Positions 10,192 to 19,768 of a stretch of DNA of 57,240 bases are shown here, piece after piece. The first letter of the stretch is position 1, and each line of letters starts with the position of its first letter. This DNA comes from Limisphaerales bacterium (GTDB taxonomy: Bacteria; Pseudomonadota; Gammaproteobacteria; Pseudomonadales; Azotimanducaceae): assembly GCA_051270205.1 (NCBI GenBank), contig JBNMMV010000001.1:1-57240 (forward strand), in the 5' to 3' direction. The notes beneath the pieces are model-generated. The model did not search any database. It was not told the DNA's origin and was given only the letters and a program-made list of their open reading frames with translations. The position numbers and the translations under genes were made by a program.

Positions 10192-11967
10192 CTAGCTCTC
10201 GCCTCCTTGAGCTGCCCCCCGCAATCGGATGTGTAAGTCACGGAGTTGGTGCTCATCCACCTCGTTCGGCGCATCCATCATTAGGCATGCCGCTGTTTGC
10301 GTCTTTGGAAAGGCAATAACCTCTCGTATCGACTTACTGTCGGTCATCAGCATAATCAAGCGATCTAGACCGAGTGCAATGCCGCCATGTGGGGGGCACC
10401 CGTATTGTAACGCGTCTAACAAAAACCCAAACTTGCTTTGGCCTTCTTGGCCCATACGCAAAGCTTCGAAAACAGCAGACTGCATTTTTGAATCGTGGAT
10501 TCGCATGGAACCACCACCTAGTTCATAGCCATTGAGCACAACATCATAGGCAGTTGCTTTGGCTGCAAGGGGTTCCGCCAACAACTCCTCAGGCGTGCAT
10601 GTCGGTTGTGTAAATGGGTGATGTTCGGCACCAAGCGTGCCATCTCGACTCGCGGCAAACATCGGCCAATCGACTACCCAACAGGGCGCGTAACCTTCTG
10701 CAACCAACCCTAGTGCCTCACCCAGCTCGTTGCGCAACGCACCGATGCTGTCGTTCACCACCCCTTTCTTATCTGCACCAAAGAAGACAACGTCACCATC
10801 TTGAGCCCCTACCCGACCTAGAACCTCTTGTATAACATCGGCAGGCAAGAACTTAAGAATTGGAGACTGCAAACCATCTACGCCAGCGCCGAGATCATTC
10901 ACCTTGATGTAGGCCAAACCTTTAGCGCCATAGCGGCCAACAAATTCTGTATAACCGTCAATCACTTTGCGCGACAACGTGGCACCACCTGGAGCGCGCA
11001 TAGCGACCACTCGGCCTTCCACGTCGTTCGCCGGGCCATTGAATACCTTAAATTCCACGCCTTGCATGAGATCGGCAATATCCACCAGTTTTAGCGGATT
11101 GCGTAAATCTGGCCGATCACTTCCGTAATCGCGCATGGCGTCGTCCCAGCTCAGAATCGGAAACTCGCCGAGCGTTGCTCCTTTAAACTTCTCGAACAAA
11201 TTGCGCAACATTGTTTCTGTTAGCTGCATAACTTCTTGCTGGGAAATAAAAGAAGCTTCGATGTCTATTTGGGTGAACTCGGGTTGCCGATCAGCTCGCA
11301 AGTCTTCGTCGCGATAACAACGGGCGATTTGATAGTAGCGATCCATACCCGACATCATCAGCAGCTGCTTATATACCTGCGGGGACTGCGGTAAGGCAAA
11401 AAACTGCCCCGGATGTGTGCGAGAAGGCACTAAATAGTCTCGTGCACCTTCTGGTGTCGCACGCGACAAAGTAGGCGTTTCAACTTCCCAATAGCCATTT
11501 TCTTCAAGATAACGTCGCACTTCACTAGAAACCGCCGCACGCATACGCATGCGCGCTTGCATTTCCGGACGCCTTAAATCCATGTAACGAAAGCGCAATC
11601 TCACGTCCTCACCAGCCTCTGAGTGCTTATCCAGTTGAAAGGGTGGCGTCTCTGACGCATTCAATATTTCTAAATCCTTGCCTAAAACCTCGATCGCACC
11701 CGTGGGCATGTCTGAGTTCACAGTGCCTTCCGGACGCGGCCTCACTTTTCCTTTCGCTAAAAGTACGAACTCGTTGCGCACGCGGTCGGCGTTAGCAAAA
11801 CTCTCTTCCGTATCGGGATCAAAAACAACTTGGACAATACCGGTGCGATCACGCAAGTCGAGAAAAATTACTCCACCATGGTCACGACGACGATGTACCC
11901 AACCGCACACGTGTACTTCTTCTCCGACTTGGGCAGTATTGATCTCACCGCAATAATGGCTTCGCAT
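10192..11967 (-). CDS. aspS: Aspartate--tRNA ligase, probably non-discriminating (Asp/Asn)
   Basis: [40 protein letters not shown] domain, [12 protein letters not shown]. Confidence 0.98.
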   Translation of the reverse strand: MRSHYCGEINTAQVGEEVHVCGWVHRRRDHGGVIFLDLRDRTGIVQVVFDPDTEESFANADRVRNEFVLLAKGKVRPRPEGTVNSDMPTGAIEVLGKDLEILNASETPPFQLDKHSEAGEDVRLRFRYMDLRRPEMQARMRMRAAVSSEVRRYLEENGYWEVETPTLSRATPEGARDYLVPSRTHPGQFFALPQSPQVYKQLLMMSGMDRYYQIARCYRDEDLRADRQPEFTQIDIEASFISQQEVMQLTETMLRNLFEKFKGATLGEFPILSWDDAMRDYGSDRPDLRNPLKLVDIADLMQGVEFKVFNGPANDVEGRVVAMRAPGGATLSRKVIDGYTEFVGRYGAKGLAYIKVNDLGAGVDGLQSPILKFLPADVIQEVLGRVGAQDGDVVFFGADKKGVVNDSIGALRNELGEALGLVAEGYAPCWVVDWPMFAASRDGTLGAEHHPFTQPTCTPEELLAEPLAAKATAYDVVLNGYELGGGSMRIHDSKMQSAVFEALRMGQEGQSKFGFLLDALQYGCPPHGGIALGLDRLIMLMTDSKSIREVIAFPKTQTAACLMMDAPNEVDEHQLRDLHIRLRGAAQGGES

Positions 11968-12056
11968 GGGTATCCTTTGTTTATAATCGGGTTAGTGGCC
12001 CGCAACAAATTCGCAGGCACTCCCCGAACAGAGCTATGTTCGCTTATGTGACCGTC

Positions 12057-12383
12057 TTAGTCACTCGATGAAGAAGAACTTGTGGAACTGCCGCTATCAG
12101 ACGATTTAGGCGTAGAAGGCTTGCTTTCGGTTGACGAACTCGAGCTGCTGGATTCGCTGGAACTACCACCGCCATCACCTCCAGCAACGTTCTTTTTGTT
12201 ACCGGACTTAAAGTCGGTTTCGTACCAACCACCGCCTTTGAGGCGAAAGCCCGCAGCAGATATTTTCTTTCGTAAGCTGTCCGCGTCACATTCGGGACAT
12301 TTCACCAATGGGTCTTCACTCAGATTCTGAATGACTTCCATTTGGTGGCTACAGGTATCGCATACATATTCGTAAATCGGCAT
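12057..12383 (-). CDS. FmdB-family zinc-ribbon protein with Ser-rich tail
   Basis: MPIYEYVCDTC...CPEC, FRLKGGGWYETDF; start moved to ATG 12383. Confidence 0.9.
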   Translation of the reverse strand: MPIYEYVCDTCSHQMEVIQNLSEDPLVKCPECDADSLRKKISAAGFRLKGGGWYETDFKSGNKKNVAGGDGGGSSSESSSSSSSTESKPSTPKSSDSGSSTSSSSSSD

Positions 12384-12463
12384 TTTCACAGAGTTGGTTC
12401 TTAAAGAGCGGCGCATGATGTTAAAAAAACCAATAAAAATACAGTGATTTTGCATACTTTTTG

Positions 12464-12492
12464 TTGAATGGCGCCTGCCGATACGCTATAAA
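12464..12492 (+). promoter_or_regulatory. Candidate sigma70 promoter for the HU-like gene
   Basis: TTGAAT-17 nt-TATAAA, followed by hairpin GCGGAATCAA...TTGATTCCGC (12495-12525). Confidence 0.5.
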
Positions 12493-12594
12493 GCGCGGAA
12501 TCAAGTCTTTTGGGTTTGATTCCGCCAGCGAGACTTGTTTCGGCAAGCTTGTTAGCAGCGTGCGGGAAGGTCACTTTTTGAACAGTTCTAAGCT

Positions 12595-12626
12595 TTGTTT
12601 GACTCTTGTTTGACTCTTGCTTAACT
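12595..12626. repeat. About 3 x 11 bp tandem repeat (TTGTTTGACTC)
   Basis: ttgtttgactc ttgtttgactc ttgcttaact. Confidence 0.75.
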
Positions 12627-12786
12627 AGGCTTTGTTCAGTGAGTTTTCTTTCAGTTTGTTGTTCTGGTTAAGTTAGAGAGACGTTGCGAAACCCCTCTTC
12701 GACTAATTTGGCCTCTTCGGTACAGAGGGCAAAAAAGTCAAGAAGCGTGGAATTGCGCTGTTAACAACTGAAAAAAAGGATAGTTC

Positions 12787-13332
12787 ATGGCAACCCGCAA
12801 AAAAGCACCCGCCAAAAAGAAAGCACCAGCAAAGAAAGCTGTTGCCAAAAAAGCACCCGCTAAGAAAGCTGCAGTTAAAAAGACCGTAGCGAAGAAAACT
12901 GCAGCGAAGAAGACTGTTGCAAAGAAGAAGGCACCCGCTAAGAAGCCGGCTGTTAAGAAGCCTGCAGCCAAGAAGCCAGCAGCTAAGAAAGCTGCAGCGC
13001 CTGCTGTAAAACGACCGGCTGGCATCAACACCAAGATGACCAAGACTGCAATTCTCAATGAAGTAGCGACCAACACCGATCTTTCACGCGCACAAGTGGG
13101 TGCCGTATTAGAAGAGTTAGAGTCAGTTATTGAGCGCCACATCCGCAAGCGTGCGGTTGGCGAGTTTACGCTTCCTGGCTTGTTGAAAATCAAAGCTGCC
13201 AAGCGCCCTGCGACAAAGAAGCGACCGGGTCGCAACCCGGCTACTGGCGAAGCAATCGTGATCTCGGCTAAGCCGGCCACGACTCGCGTTCGCGTGACAG
13301 CTCTGAAAAAGCTTAAGGACATGATCAGCTAG
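12787..13332 (+). CDS. HU-family DNA-binding protein with N-terminal histone H1-like Lys/Ala/Pro repeat
   Basis: About 70 aa of PAKK/AAKK/VAKK repeats, then MTKTAILNEVA...GEFTLPGLLKI...GRNPATGE...AKPA HU/IHF fold. Confidence 0.92.
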   Translation: MATRKKAPAKKKAPAKKAVAKKAPAKKAAVKKTVAKKTAAKKTVAKKKAPAKKPAVKKPAAKKPAAKKAAAPAVKRPAGINTKMTKTAILNEVATNTDLSRAQVGAVLEELESVIERHIRKRAVGEFTLPGLLKIKAAKRPATKKRPGRNPATGEAIVISAKPATTRVRVTALKKLKDMIS

Positions 13333-13348
13333 ATCATTCCAAGCAATT

Positions 13349-13384
13349 AAAGGGCCGCTGGGGTTTCCCATCGGCCCTTTTTTT
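13349..13384 (+). terminator. Rho-independent terminator after the HU-like gene
   Basis: AAAGGGCCGCTGGG GTTT CCCATCGGCCCTTT followed by TTTT. Confidence 0.85.
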
Positions 13385-13425
13385 ATGCCCTAATAACATC
13401 TTAAGAAAGAAAGAAGATTAGACCT

Positions 13426-15123
13426 ATGCGCCAATCGTTAATGTTGCTCCCAACTATGAAGGAAGATCCTGCAGATGCAGATGTCACTAGCCACAGGCTT
13501 ATGCTGCGAGCTGGACTCGTTCGGCAATTAGCGTCCGGACTTTATACCTGGTTGCCACTGGGACTTCGGGTATTGCGGAAAATCGAAGCGATTATTCGCG
13601 AGGAACTCAATGTCAGCGGCGCTCAAGAAATTCTGATGCCCATCGTACAACCCGCGGAACTATGGCAAGAATCTACTCGATGGGAAAAAATGGGACCCGA
13701 GATGCTACGCATGCAGGACCGCCATGGTCGCGATTTCTGTCTCGGGCCCACCCACGAAGAAGTCGTAACAGATTTATTTCGGCGTGAACTGCAGAGTTAT
13801 AAGCAATTACCCGTTAACTATTATCAGATCCAAACCAAGTTTAGAGATGAGCGCCGTCCACGTTTTGGCGTCATGCGTGCACGCGAATTCACCATGAAAG
13901 ACGGCTACTCTTTTCACGTCGACCAAGCATCTTTCGATGAAACCTATCAAGCCATGTACGACTGTTACTCGCGCATTCTGACACGCATGCAGTTGGACTT
14001 CCGAGCTGTGGAAGCCGACACCGGAAATATTGGCGGCGCCAATTCGCATGAGTTCCACGTCTTAGCCTCGGCTGGGGAAGACACCATCGCCTATGCGTCA
14101 GATGGTCCATATGCCGCAAATCTAGAAAAAGCTGAAGCGGCATGGGAAAACGAAAGACCCGGTCCCGAAAAATCAATGTCGATGATTGATACACCGAATC
14201 AAAAAACTATTGCAGCCTTGGCCGAACTCTTAGAGGTCGGAACCGAACAGACAATTAAAACCCTCGTCGTGCGTGGCGACGAAGGATGCGTTGCCATTAT
14301 TTTGAGAGGCGACCATGAGTTAAACGAAACCAAGGCAGCTAAACTTCCTGGCATTGCAAATCCATTGGTTTTTGCAACCGATGAAGAGATACAGCAGGCG
14401 CTAGGTGCGGCTCCCGGTTCACTTGGGCCCGTCGGCGCAGACATTCCAGTTCTGGTTGATAGGGAAGCCGCAGTGTTGGCTGATTTTCCTTGTGGCGCGA
14501 ATCAAGACGGTAAGCACTACGTAGGCGTAAACTGGGTTCGAGATTGTCCGCTTACTGATGAACAAATTGTTGACGCAAGAAATGTCGTCGAAGGTGACCC
14601 TGCACCAGCCAATCAAGGTACGCTACAGTTTTTACGAGGAATAGAAGTCGGTCACATCTTCCAACTAGGTACTGTGTACAGTGAAGCAATGGATGCCAGC
14701 GTACTAGACCAAGACGGTCGATCTGTTACTCCCATCATGGGCTGCTATGGTATGGGAGTGACGCGTCTAGTGGCCGCTGTCATCGAACAAAACCACGACG
14801 ACGCGGGCATTGTTTGGTCTGAACCTCTCGCACCCTTTCAACTACACATTCTTGCGCTCAACTACCGTAAATCTGAACTCGTCGCCGAAGCTGCTGACCA
14901 ACTGTACGCAGACTGCCTAGCTGCGGGTATTGAAGTACTGTTCGATGATCGGGACGATCGCCCGGGTGTGAAGTTCAACGACGCGGACCTTATTGGACTA
15001 CCGCATCGTGTTGTTATTGGTGAACGCAGTCTCAAAGAAGGCACTGTTGAATACAAACGGCGTCAGGACGACAAGGCCCAGCCTGTGGACCTCAACGAAA
15101 TTATCGGACTCGTTCAACCTTAG
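13426..15123 (+). CDS. proS: Proline--tRNA ligase (with INS editing domain)
   Basis: [58 protein letters not shown]. Confidence 0.98.
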   Translation: MRQSLMLLPTMKEDPADADVTSHRLMLRAGLVRQLASGLYTWLPLGLRVLRKIEAIIREELNVSGAQEILMPIVQPAELWQESTRWEKMGPEMLRMQDRHGRDFCLGPTHEEVVTDLFRRELQSYKQLPVNYYQIQTKFRDERRPRFGVMRAREFTMKDGYSFHVDQASFDETYQAMYDCYSRILTRMQLDFRAVEADTGNIGGANSHEFHVLASAGEDTIAYASDGPYAANLEKAEAAWENERPGPEKSMSMIDTPNQKTIAALAELLEVGTEQTIKTLVVRGDEGCVAIILRGDHELNETKAAKLPGIANPLVFATDEEIQQALGAAPGSLGPVGADIPVLVDREAAVLADFPCGANQDGKHYVGVNWVRDCPLTDEQIVDARNVVEGDPAPANQGTLQFLRGIEVGHIFQLGTVYSEAMDASVLDQDGRSVTPIMGCYGMGVTRLVAAVIEQNHDDAGIVWSEPLAPFQLHILALNYRKSELVAEAADQLYADCLAAGIEVLFDDRDDRPGVKFNDADLIGLPHRVVIGERSLKEGTVEYKRRQDDKAQPVDLNEIIGLVQP

Positions 15124-15125
15124 TC

Positions 15126-15761
15126 ATGCGAACATGGGTGCTACTTTGCTTGGCTTGGTCTTGCTTACAATTTCCCAGCTTATCTTGGGCGGATAAAGTG
15201 GACGCCGTTCTGCGTGAAAAGCTGACCATAGCTATGGCGCAAGATCACGCACATCTGGACAAGTATGACGCCGATGTCTGGCTCCACGTCTCAGAGGAAC
15301 GCCTACAACGCTACATTTCGCAATCATCTGAACGACTTGAGCTTCTACGCCTAGTGTACAGAGAGGCCGCCCAGCAACAACTAGACCCAGATTTGGTGCT
15401 GGCTGTTATGCAAATCGAAAGCGCCTTCAATCGCTACGCCATATCTCGAGTCGGGGCTCAGGGACTCATGCAAGTTATGCCATTCTGGCGTTTGGAGATC
15501 GGTCGCCCCCAAGATAATTTGACCGAAACGGAAACTAACATTCGTTACGGAACGGTAATTCTTGCTCACTACATGGATGTTGCCAAAGGCGACCTAGTGG
15601 AAGCTCTGGCTCGCTACAATGGTAGTTACGGTCGTTTGAAGTATCCTGAAAAAGTCATTAAGGCTTGGCGCACGCGCTGGCGCAATAAATCAAGAAGCGA
15701 TTTGCCGGAGCTTATTGCCAGTTGCAGCAACTACCCACTCAAGGCTTGTCGTCACTTATAG
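15126..15761 (+). CDS. SLT-domain lytic transglycosylase
   Basis: Signal peptide, AVMQIES (catalytic Glu), GAQGLMQVMP, ALARYNG. Confidence 0.9.
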   Translation: MRTWVLLCLAWSCLQFPSLSWADKVDAVLREKLTIAMAQDHAHLDKYDADVWLHVSEERLQRYISQSSERLELLRLVYREAAQQQLDPDLVLAVMQIESAFNRYAISRVGAQGLMQVMPFWRLEIGRPQDNLTETETNIRYGTVILAHYMDVAKGDLVEALARYNGSYGRLKYPEKVIKAWRTRWRNKSRSDLPELIASCSNYPLKACRHL

Positions 15762-16195
15762 TCGACATTGGCCAGTATCGAAGCCTCAGTTTGAGGACCC
15801 ATAAGCGTTCTCACCACTTCTCTTTGTGGGTTTAGAATTACTGTCACAGGTAATTGTTGCGCTCTTTCGTAACCATATTTTTGGTAGGGGTCATCTCGCA
15901 AAATTGGGAACTCAATCTCCATTCGCTCAATCACACCCGTCAGTTTTTCGCCGCTAACGCCATCCCAATTTACCCCCAGCACTACTACCCCATGTTGAAC
16001 TCTAGAATCGTGCAGTTCGTTCAACTCAGGAATTTCTGCGCGACACGGTCCACACCATTCAGCCCAATAGTTAATGACCAGCCAACGCCCATCCCAATGA
16101 CTGAGTTGAGTTTGACTGCCATCGGCAAAATGAACCTGTTCGCCACCACAGCTCGAGGCCGTGACCAACAACAAGATAATAACTAAATTTTTCAT
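15752..16195 (-). CDS. TlpA-family thiol-disulfide oxidoreductase (possible lipoprotein)
   Basis: INYWAEWCGPCRAEIP, LPVT cis-Pro loop, N-terminal signal ending in Cys. Confidence 0.9.
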   Translation of the reverse strand: MKNLVIILLLVTASSCGGEQVHFADGSQTQLSHWDGRWLVINYWAEWCGPCRAEIPELNELHDSRVQHGVVVLGVNWDGVSGEKLTGVIERMEIEFPILRDDPYQKYGYERAQQLPVTVILNPQREVVRTLMGPQTEASILANVDYK

Positions 16196-17427
16196 AGCGC
16201 TAGCACCGAATCCATCGTGACTGACATTTCATTAGAACCAAACTGAGTAATAGAGATGAGCGGCTCAACCACTTGAGGAAAATCATTGATGGTCTTGAGT
16301 CGCTCCAGCGAAAGGCCATCTGGTAACCGTTGGTACAAATCCCAAAGGGTAACTGCCTTCAAGTTCCGACCCAGTATCCAATGCTCATCTTCAGTTTGGT
16401 TGAGTAATTTAAATTCCTGGAAGACTTCAAACATCTTGTTGTGCTCGGCTCGATTCAACGTCACCACAGCATTGATTTCTTTGTCGGACACCGTCTCCCC
16501 CCGCAAGTGGGCAGCATGGAAAATTTTCAAGACTCGCGCGGTCTTAATCACCAGTGGTTCAGCATCAGCTTCATCATCGCGGGGTAACGACAGGCATCTG
16601 ACAAAAATGGCGCCGCACAAGATGATCACCCATACCAGCCATAGCCAAAAGAGAAACAACGGAACGGCAGCAAAGGCACCATAGATTGCCTGATAGGAAA
16701 ATCCTTTTGAGCCTTGGGCGAAGAGTGTGAAGGCACCTTGGAACACCATCATCGTCACCAAGCCGCCGATTAAGGCATGTTTAAACGGAACATGGCAGTT
16801 AGGCACGGCATAGTAAAGCACCGTGAAACCAGCCAGATTTAGCAGTAGTGGCAAATAACTGAGCAACACGCCACCAATGCCATAGGCATCGATCTCGGAC
16901 ACCAATGGCAGCGAAACCAAATAGATACTGGTAAGAATACCAACGATTAAACACGCAGGACCAAGCGACAAGACACCCCAGTAGAGTAAAAAGCGTTGCA
17001 AGCCGCGCCGTGGTTCGGCGACATGCCAGATCGTGTTAAAACTCTTTTCGATGGTTATAAGCGTCATGAATGCAGTGACGAAGAGAATGAGAAAGCCAAT
17101 GGAAGTTAAACTACGCGCGTGTTGAGCAAATTCTGCCAACTTACTTTGTACAACGTCGGAGCTGCCTGGCACAAAATTGCTGAAGATGAAATTTTCTACC
17201 TGAATGCCGACCTGCGCGTACTCAGGAATGAGGGAAAAAAACGTATATGCCACGGCCATCATCGGTACCACAGCAAAAAGCGTGGTGTAGGTTAAAGCGC
17301 CTGCCGCATTTAAGCAGTCGTGGGCAAGAAACTGACTCCACATCTGTTGCAGATACCAGCGGACGCTTCTCCACAACTCTGGGAGCCGATCTGCTAAACC
17401 TCTATGTATTACGTTCTTCTCTTCCAC
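16192..17427 (-). CDS. YihY/BrkB-family inner membrane protein with C-terminal winged-helix-like domain
   Basis: AGALTYTTLFAVVP, IEKSFNTIW, YGAFAAVPLFLFWL. Confidence 0.9.
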   Translation of the reverse strand: MEEKNVIHRGLADRLPELWRSVRWYLQQMWSQFLAHDCLNAAGALTYTTLFAVVPMMAVAYTFFSLIPEYAQVGIQVENFIFSNFVPGSSDVVQSKLAEFAQHARSLTSIGFLILFVTAFMTLITIEKSFNTIWHVAEPRRGLQRFLLYWGVLSLGPACLIVGILTSIYLVSLPLVSEIDAYGIGGVLLSYLPLLLNLAGFTVLYYAVPNCHVPFKHALIGGLVTMMVFQGAFTLFAQGSKGFSYQAIYGAFAAVPLFLFWLWLVWVIILCGAIFVRCLSLPRDDEADAEPLVIKTARVLKIFHAAHLRGETVSDKEINAVVTLNRAEHNKMFEVFQEFKLLNQTEDEHWILGRNLKAVTLWDLYQRLPDGLSLERLKTINDFPQVVEPLISITQFGSNEMSVTMDSVLAL

Positions 17428-17503
17428 GATTCGTTTGTTCGTCCACGTTTCGCCTGGTTCCAGGGTTCACTATACTGCACACAAATTCTTACACGGAGCC
17501 ATC

Positions 17504-17851
17504 ATGAGCGATGTCACCATCTATCATAACCCACGCTGTTCTAAATCACGGCAAACCCTGGCATTGATTGAAGCCGCAGGCGTCACTCCGCAAATTGTGG
17601 AGTATTTGAATACACCACTCAACGCCCCAGAGATTCAATCGATCTGCGCAATGTTGGCGGTGACGCCGCGTGAGATGATGCGCACTAAAGAAAGCATCTA
17701 CATAGAAAATAATCTACACAACGCAACAGACGGCGAATTGATCGACGCGATGGTAAGTTATCCCATTCTAATGGAGCGACCCATTGTCGTTAGTGGCGAT
17801 CGAGCAGTGATCGGTCGTCCACCTGAAAACGTACATCAAATACTAGGATAA
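17504..17851 (+). CDS. arsC: ArsC-family (glutaredoxin-type) reductase, YfgD-like
   Basis: YHNPRCSKSR, LMERPIV, IGRPPE; ATG 17504 has GGAG upstream. Confidence 0.88.
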   Translation: MSDVTIYHNPRCSKSRQTLALIEAAGVTPQIVEYLNTPLNAPEIQSICAMLAVTPREMMRTKESIYIENNLHNATDGELIDAMVSYPILMERPIVVSGDRAVIGRPPENVHQILG

Positions 17852-17854
17852 ATT

Positions 17855-18442
17855 TTGCAACCCTACATTCTCGTAGTCTATTACTCGCGCAGCGGTGGCA
17901 CACGCAATCTCGCGCTCAACATTGCGCGCGGTGTAGACCGTGTTAGCGGCATCGACGCCATGATCCGAACAGTCCCTGAAGTCGGGCTTAACACGCAACG
18001 CACAGAGGCCCCAGTGCCCGAAGAGGGCGCCGTCTATTGCACTAAGGACGAACTGGCTGCGTGTGCTGGGTTGGCGGTAGGCAGCGCGACCCGCTTCGGT
18101 AACATGAGCGCCTCGCTCAAATACTTTTTAGACTCAACTGCAGATCTATGGATGTCGCGAGCGCTGGTGGACAAACCTGCAGGTGTATTCGGCTCATCCA
18201 ACTCGCTACATGGCGGTCAGGAAACCACACTGACAAGCATGATGATTCCACTTTTACACCACGGCATGTTACTTCAAGGCGTGCCTTATTCGGTTCCAGC
18301 TTTAACCAGTACCTCAACAGGTGGCACACCCTACGGCGCCACTCATTGGGGACACCAAGGCGGCGAACTTTCATCCGACGAAGCAGAAATCGCCCAAGCG
18401 CAAGGCGAACGCCTTGCCCAGTTAGCCCTCCGACTCCAATGA
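17855..18442 (+). CDS. wrbA: NAD(P)H:quinone oxidoreductase WrbA
   Basis: YYSRSGGT, GSATRFGNM, HGGQETTL, GGTPYGAT. Confidence 0.93.
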   Translation: MQPYILVVYYSRSGGTRNLALNIARGVDRVSGIDAMIRTVPEVGLNTQRTEAPVPEEGAVYCTKDELAACAGLAVGSATRFGNMSASLKYFLDSTADLWMSRALVDKPAGVFGSSNSLHGGQETTLTSMMIPLLHHGMLLQGVPYSVPALTSTSTGGTPYGATHWGHQGGELSSDEAEIAQAQGERLAQLALRLQ

Positions 18443-18452
18443 GGCTCTGCTG

Positions 18453-18821
18453 ATGCAACTCTGGCTCTTCAGCGCGTACACCATGGTCGGTTCATTGTTT
18501 GCAATGACTGCTCTCAACCAATTCTTGTTTTCAAGCACGCCGAACATCTGGCTGAACGTTGTTTTTTTTGCCTTACAAGTACTACCGCTGTTACTACCAC
18601 TACCCGCTATGATGTCCGGGCAAATACGCGGTACCTTCTTCATGTGCATGGTTTCACTCTTGTACTTCATCCACGGCACACTGATGTGCTTCGACCCAGA
18701 CACGCTGTTGTTTGGCGCATTGGAAATCACATTTTCTCTATCGCTGTGCGCTGTCACCGCAGCAATGGTGCGGCAACTGCGCGAAGCTGCGGGGCCACCG
18801 CCACCCGAGCCTGATAACTAG
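18453..18821 (+). CDS. Four-TM membrane protein, DUF2069-like
   Basis: LPLLLPLP, SLLYFIHG; position after arsC-wrbA is typical of DUF2069. Confidence 0.7.
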   Translation: MQLWLFSAYTMVGSLFAMTALNQFLFSSTPNIWLNVVFFALQVLPLLLPLPAMMSGQIRGTFFMCMVSLLYFIHGTLMCFDPDTLLFGALEITFSLSLCAVTAAMVRQLREAAGPPPPEPDN

Positions 18822-19079
18822 TTGACTTGGTGCGAGTTTCGAACGGGTGGAATTTTGGTGTTAGCTATTCGATTCGGCTTTTGAGCTGGATTTGAACTTT
18901 GCGCAAACCCTTCGCCGCTCCGCGGTACCCGCACTACGAAAACAAGCCCAGCCGAAGACGCCTGGTCTTTTTTCTGCGTTCGGCTCGAGTCCAATAGCGC
19001 AAAGTTCAAATCCAGCTCAAATGCCTCGGCCAATCGCACGCTCTAAATTTTCCCTTTCGGGACCGACACTAGTCGCTTG
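18818..19079. repeat. Palindromic element copy 1 (about 260 bp)
   Basis: 29 bp inverted repeat 18876-18904 / 18997-19025 (28 of 29 matches) around a 92 nt core; imperfect outer arms; outer boundaries approximate. Confidence 0.9.
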
Positions 19080-19163
19080 TTGTGAGTGGTGATCTCACCC
19101 GCCTGGCGATGTTAGTCCGGCAGCGACACGACACCGTAAGCCCACCACAACCAGACCCAAGAA

Positions 19164-19423
19164 CCAGTTAAGTTAGAGCCGGTCCGGAGAGGACAATCTG
19201 GGTTCGGCGGTTCACGCAAGGCATTTGATCTGCAGTGAAACTTTGCGCCTTAAAGCCAAGCCGGACGCAGAAAAAAGACCGGGCGTCTTCGGCTGGGCTT
19301 GTTTTCGTAGAACGGGTACCGCGGAGCGGCGCAGGCATGGTGCAAAGTTTCACTGCAGATCAAATGCCTGGGAGCGATCGCAAAATCTAATTTTGTCCCT
19401 TCCGGACAGATACCAGTAACTAG
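19164..19423. repeat. Palindromic element copy 2 (about 260 bp), core inverted relative to copy 1
   Basis: 31 bp inverted repeat 19219-19249 / 19339-19369 (30 of 31 matches) around an 89 nt core; 19259-19331 is the reverse complement of 18913-18985 at 69 of 73 positions. Confidence 0.9.
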
Positions 19424-19426
19424 CTA

Positions 19427-19768
19427 CTAGTGAAGAATTGGCGGCGCTGAATCTTTTTTAAGAGTTGCTTCACCGTCATCCACACTTTGCACCGCATATC
19501 GCTTAGTAGTGATTTCACCGGATACCAAGTCAGGCAACTCTTTGAGAAACGCATTCATATGGTCTGTTTGGAAATGCCCCATGAGACAGTCCATATCCTC
19601 CCACTCCTGGAACAACATCAGCGTATTCGGATCAGCCAAGCCAAGATAGAAATCATAGGAAATGCAGCCCATTTCGGTACGCGTGGCGTCCGCCATACGG
19701 CGAGCGAGGTCCATGGCCTCTTCTTTGCGTTCAGCGAGAATGGGTATCGTGCCGTGGACGATGATCAC
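19427..19768 (-). CDS. ABM-family (putative quinol monooxygenase) protein
   Basis: TRTEMGCISYDFY, FQEWED, HFQTDHM ferredoxin-like ABM pattern; GTGA overlap with upstream ligase. Confidence 0.85.
   Translation of the reverse strand: MIIVHGTIPILAERKEEAMDLARRMADATRTEMGCISYDFYLGLADPNTLMLFQEWEDMDCLMGHFQTDHMNAFLKELPDLVSGEITTKRYAVQSVDDGEATLKKDSAPPILH

Noticed and set aside
12738-13322. 194 aa hydrophobic antisense ORF
   Set aside because: Mirror of the Lys/Ala repeat codons of the HU-like gene
18818-19419. Four short ORFs (61-73 aa) over the palindromic elements
   Set aside because: They occupy different frames and strands of the same repeated core, lack SDs and look like by-products of the repeat
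18818-19423. Integron attC sites (GTTAAGT at 19167 fits GTTRRRY)
   Set aside because: Elements are about 260 bp, lack a proper RYYYAAC partner, bracket no cassette ORF, and there is no integrase
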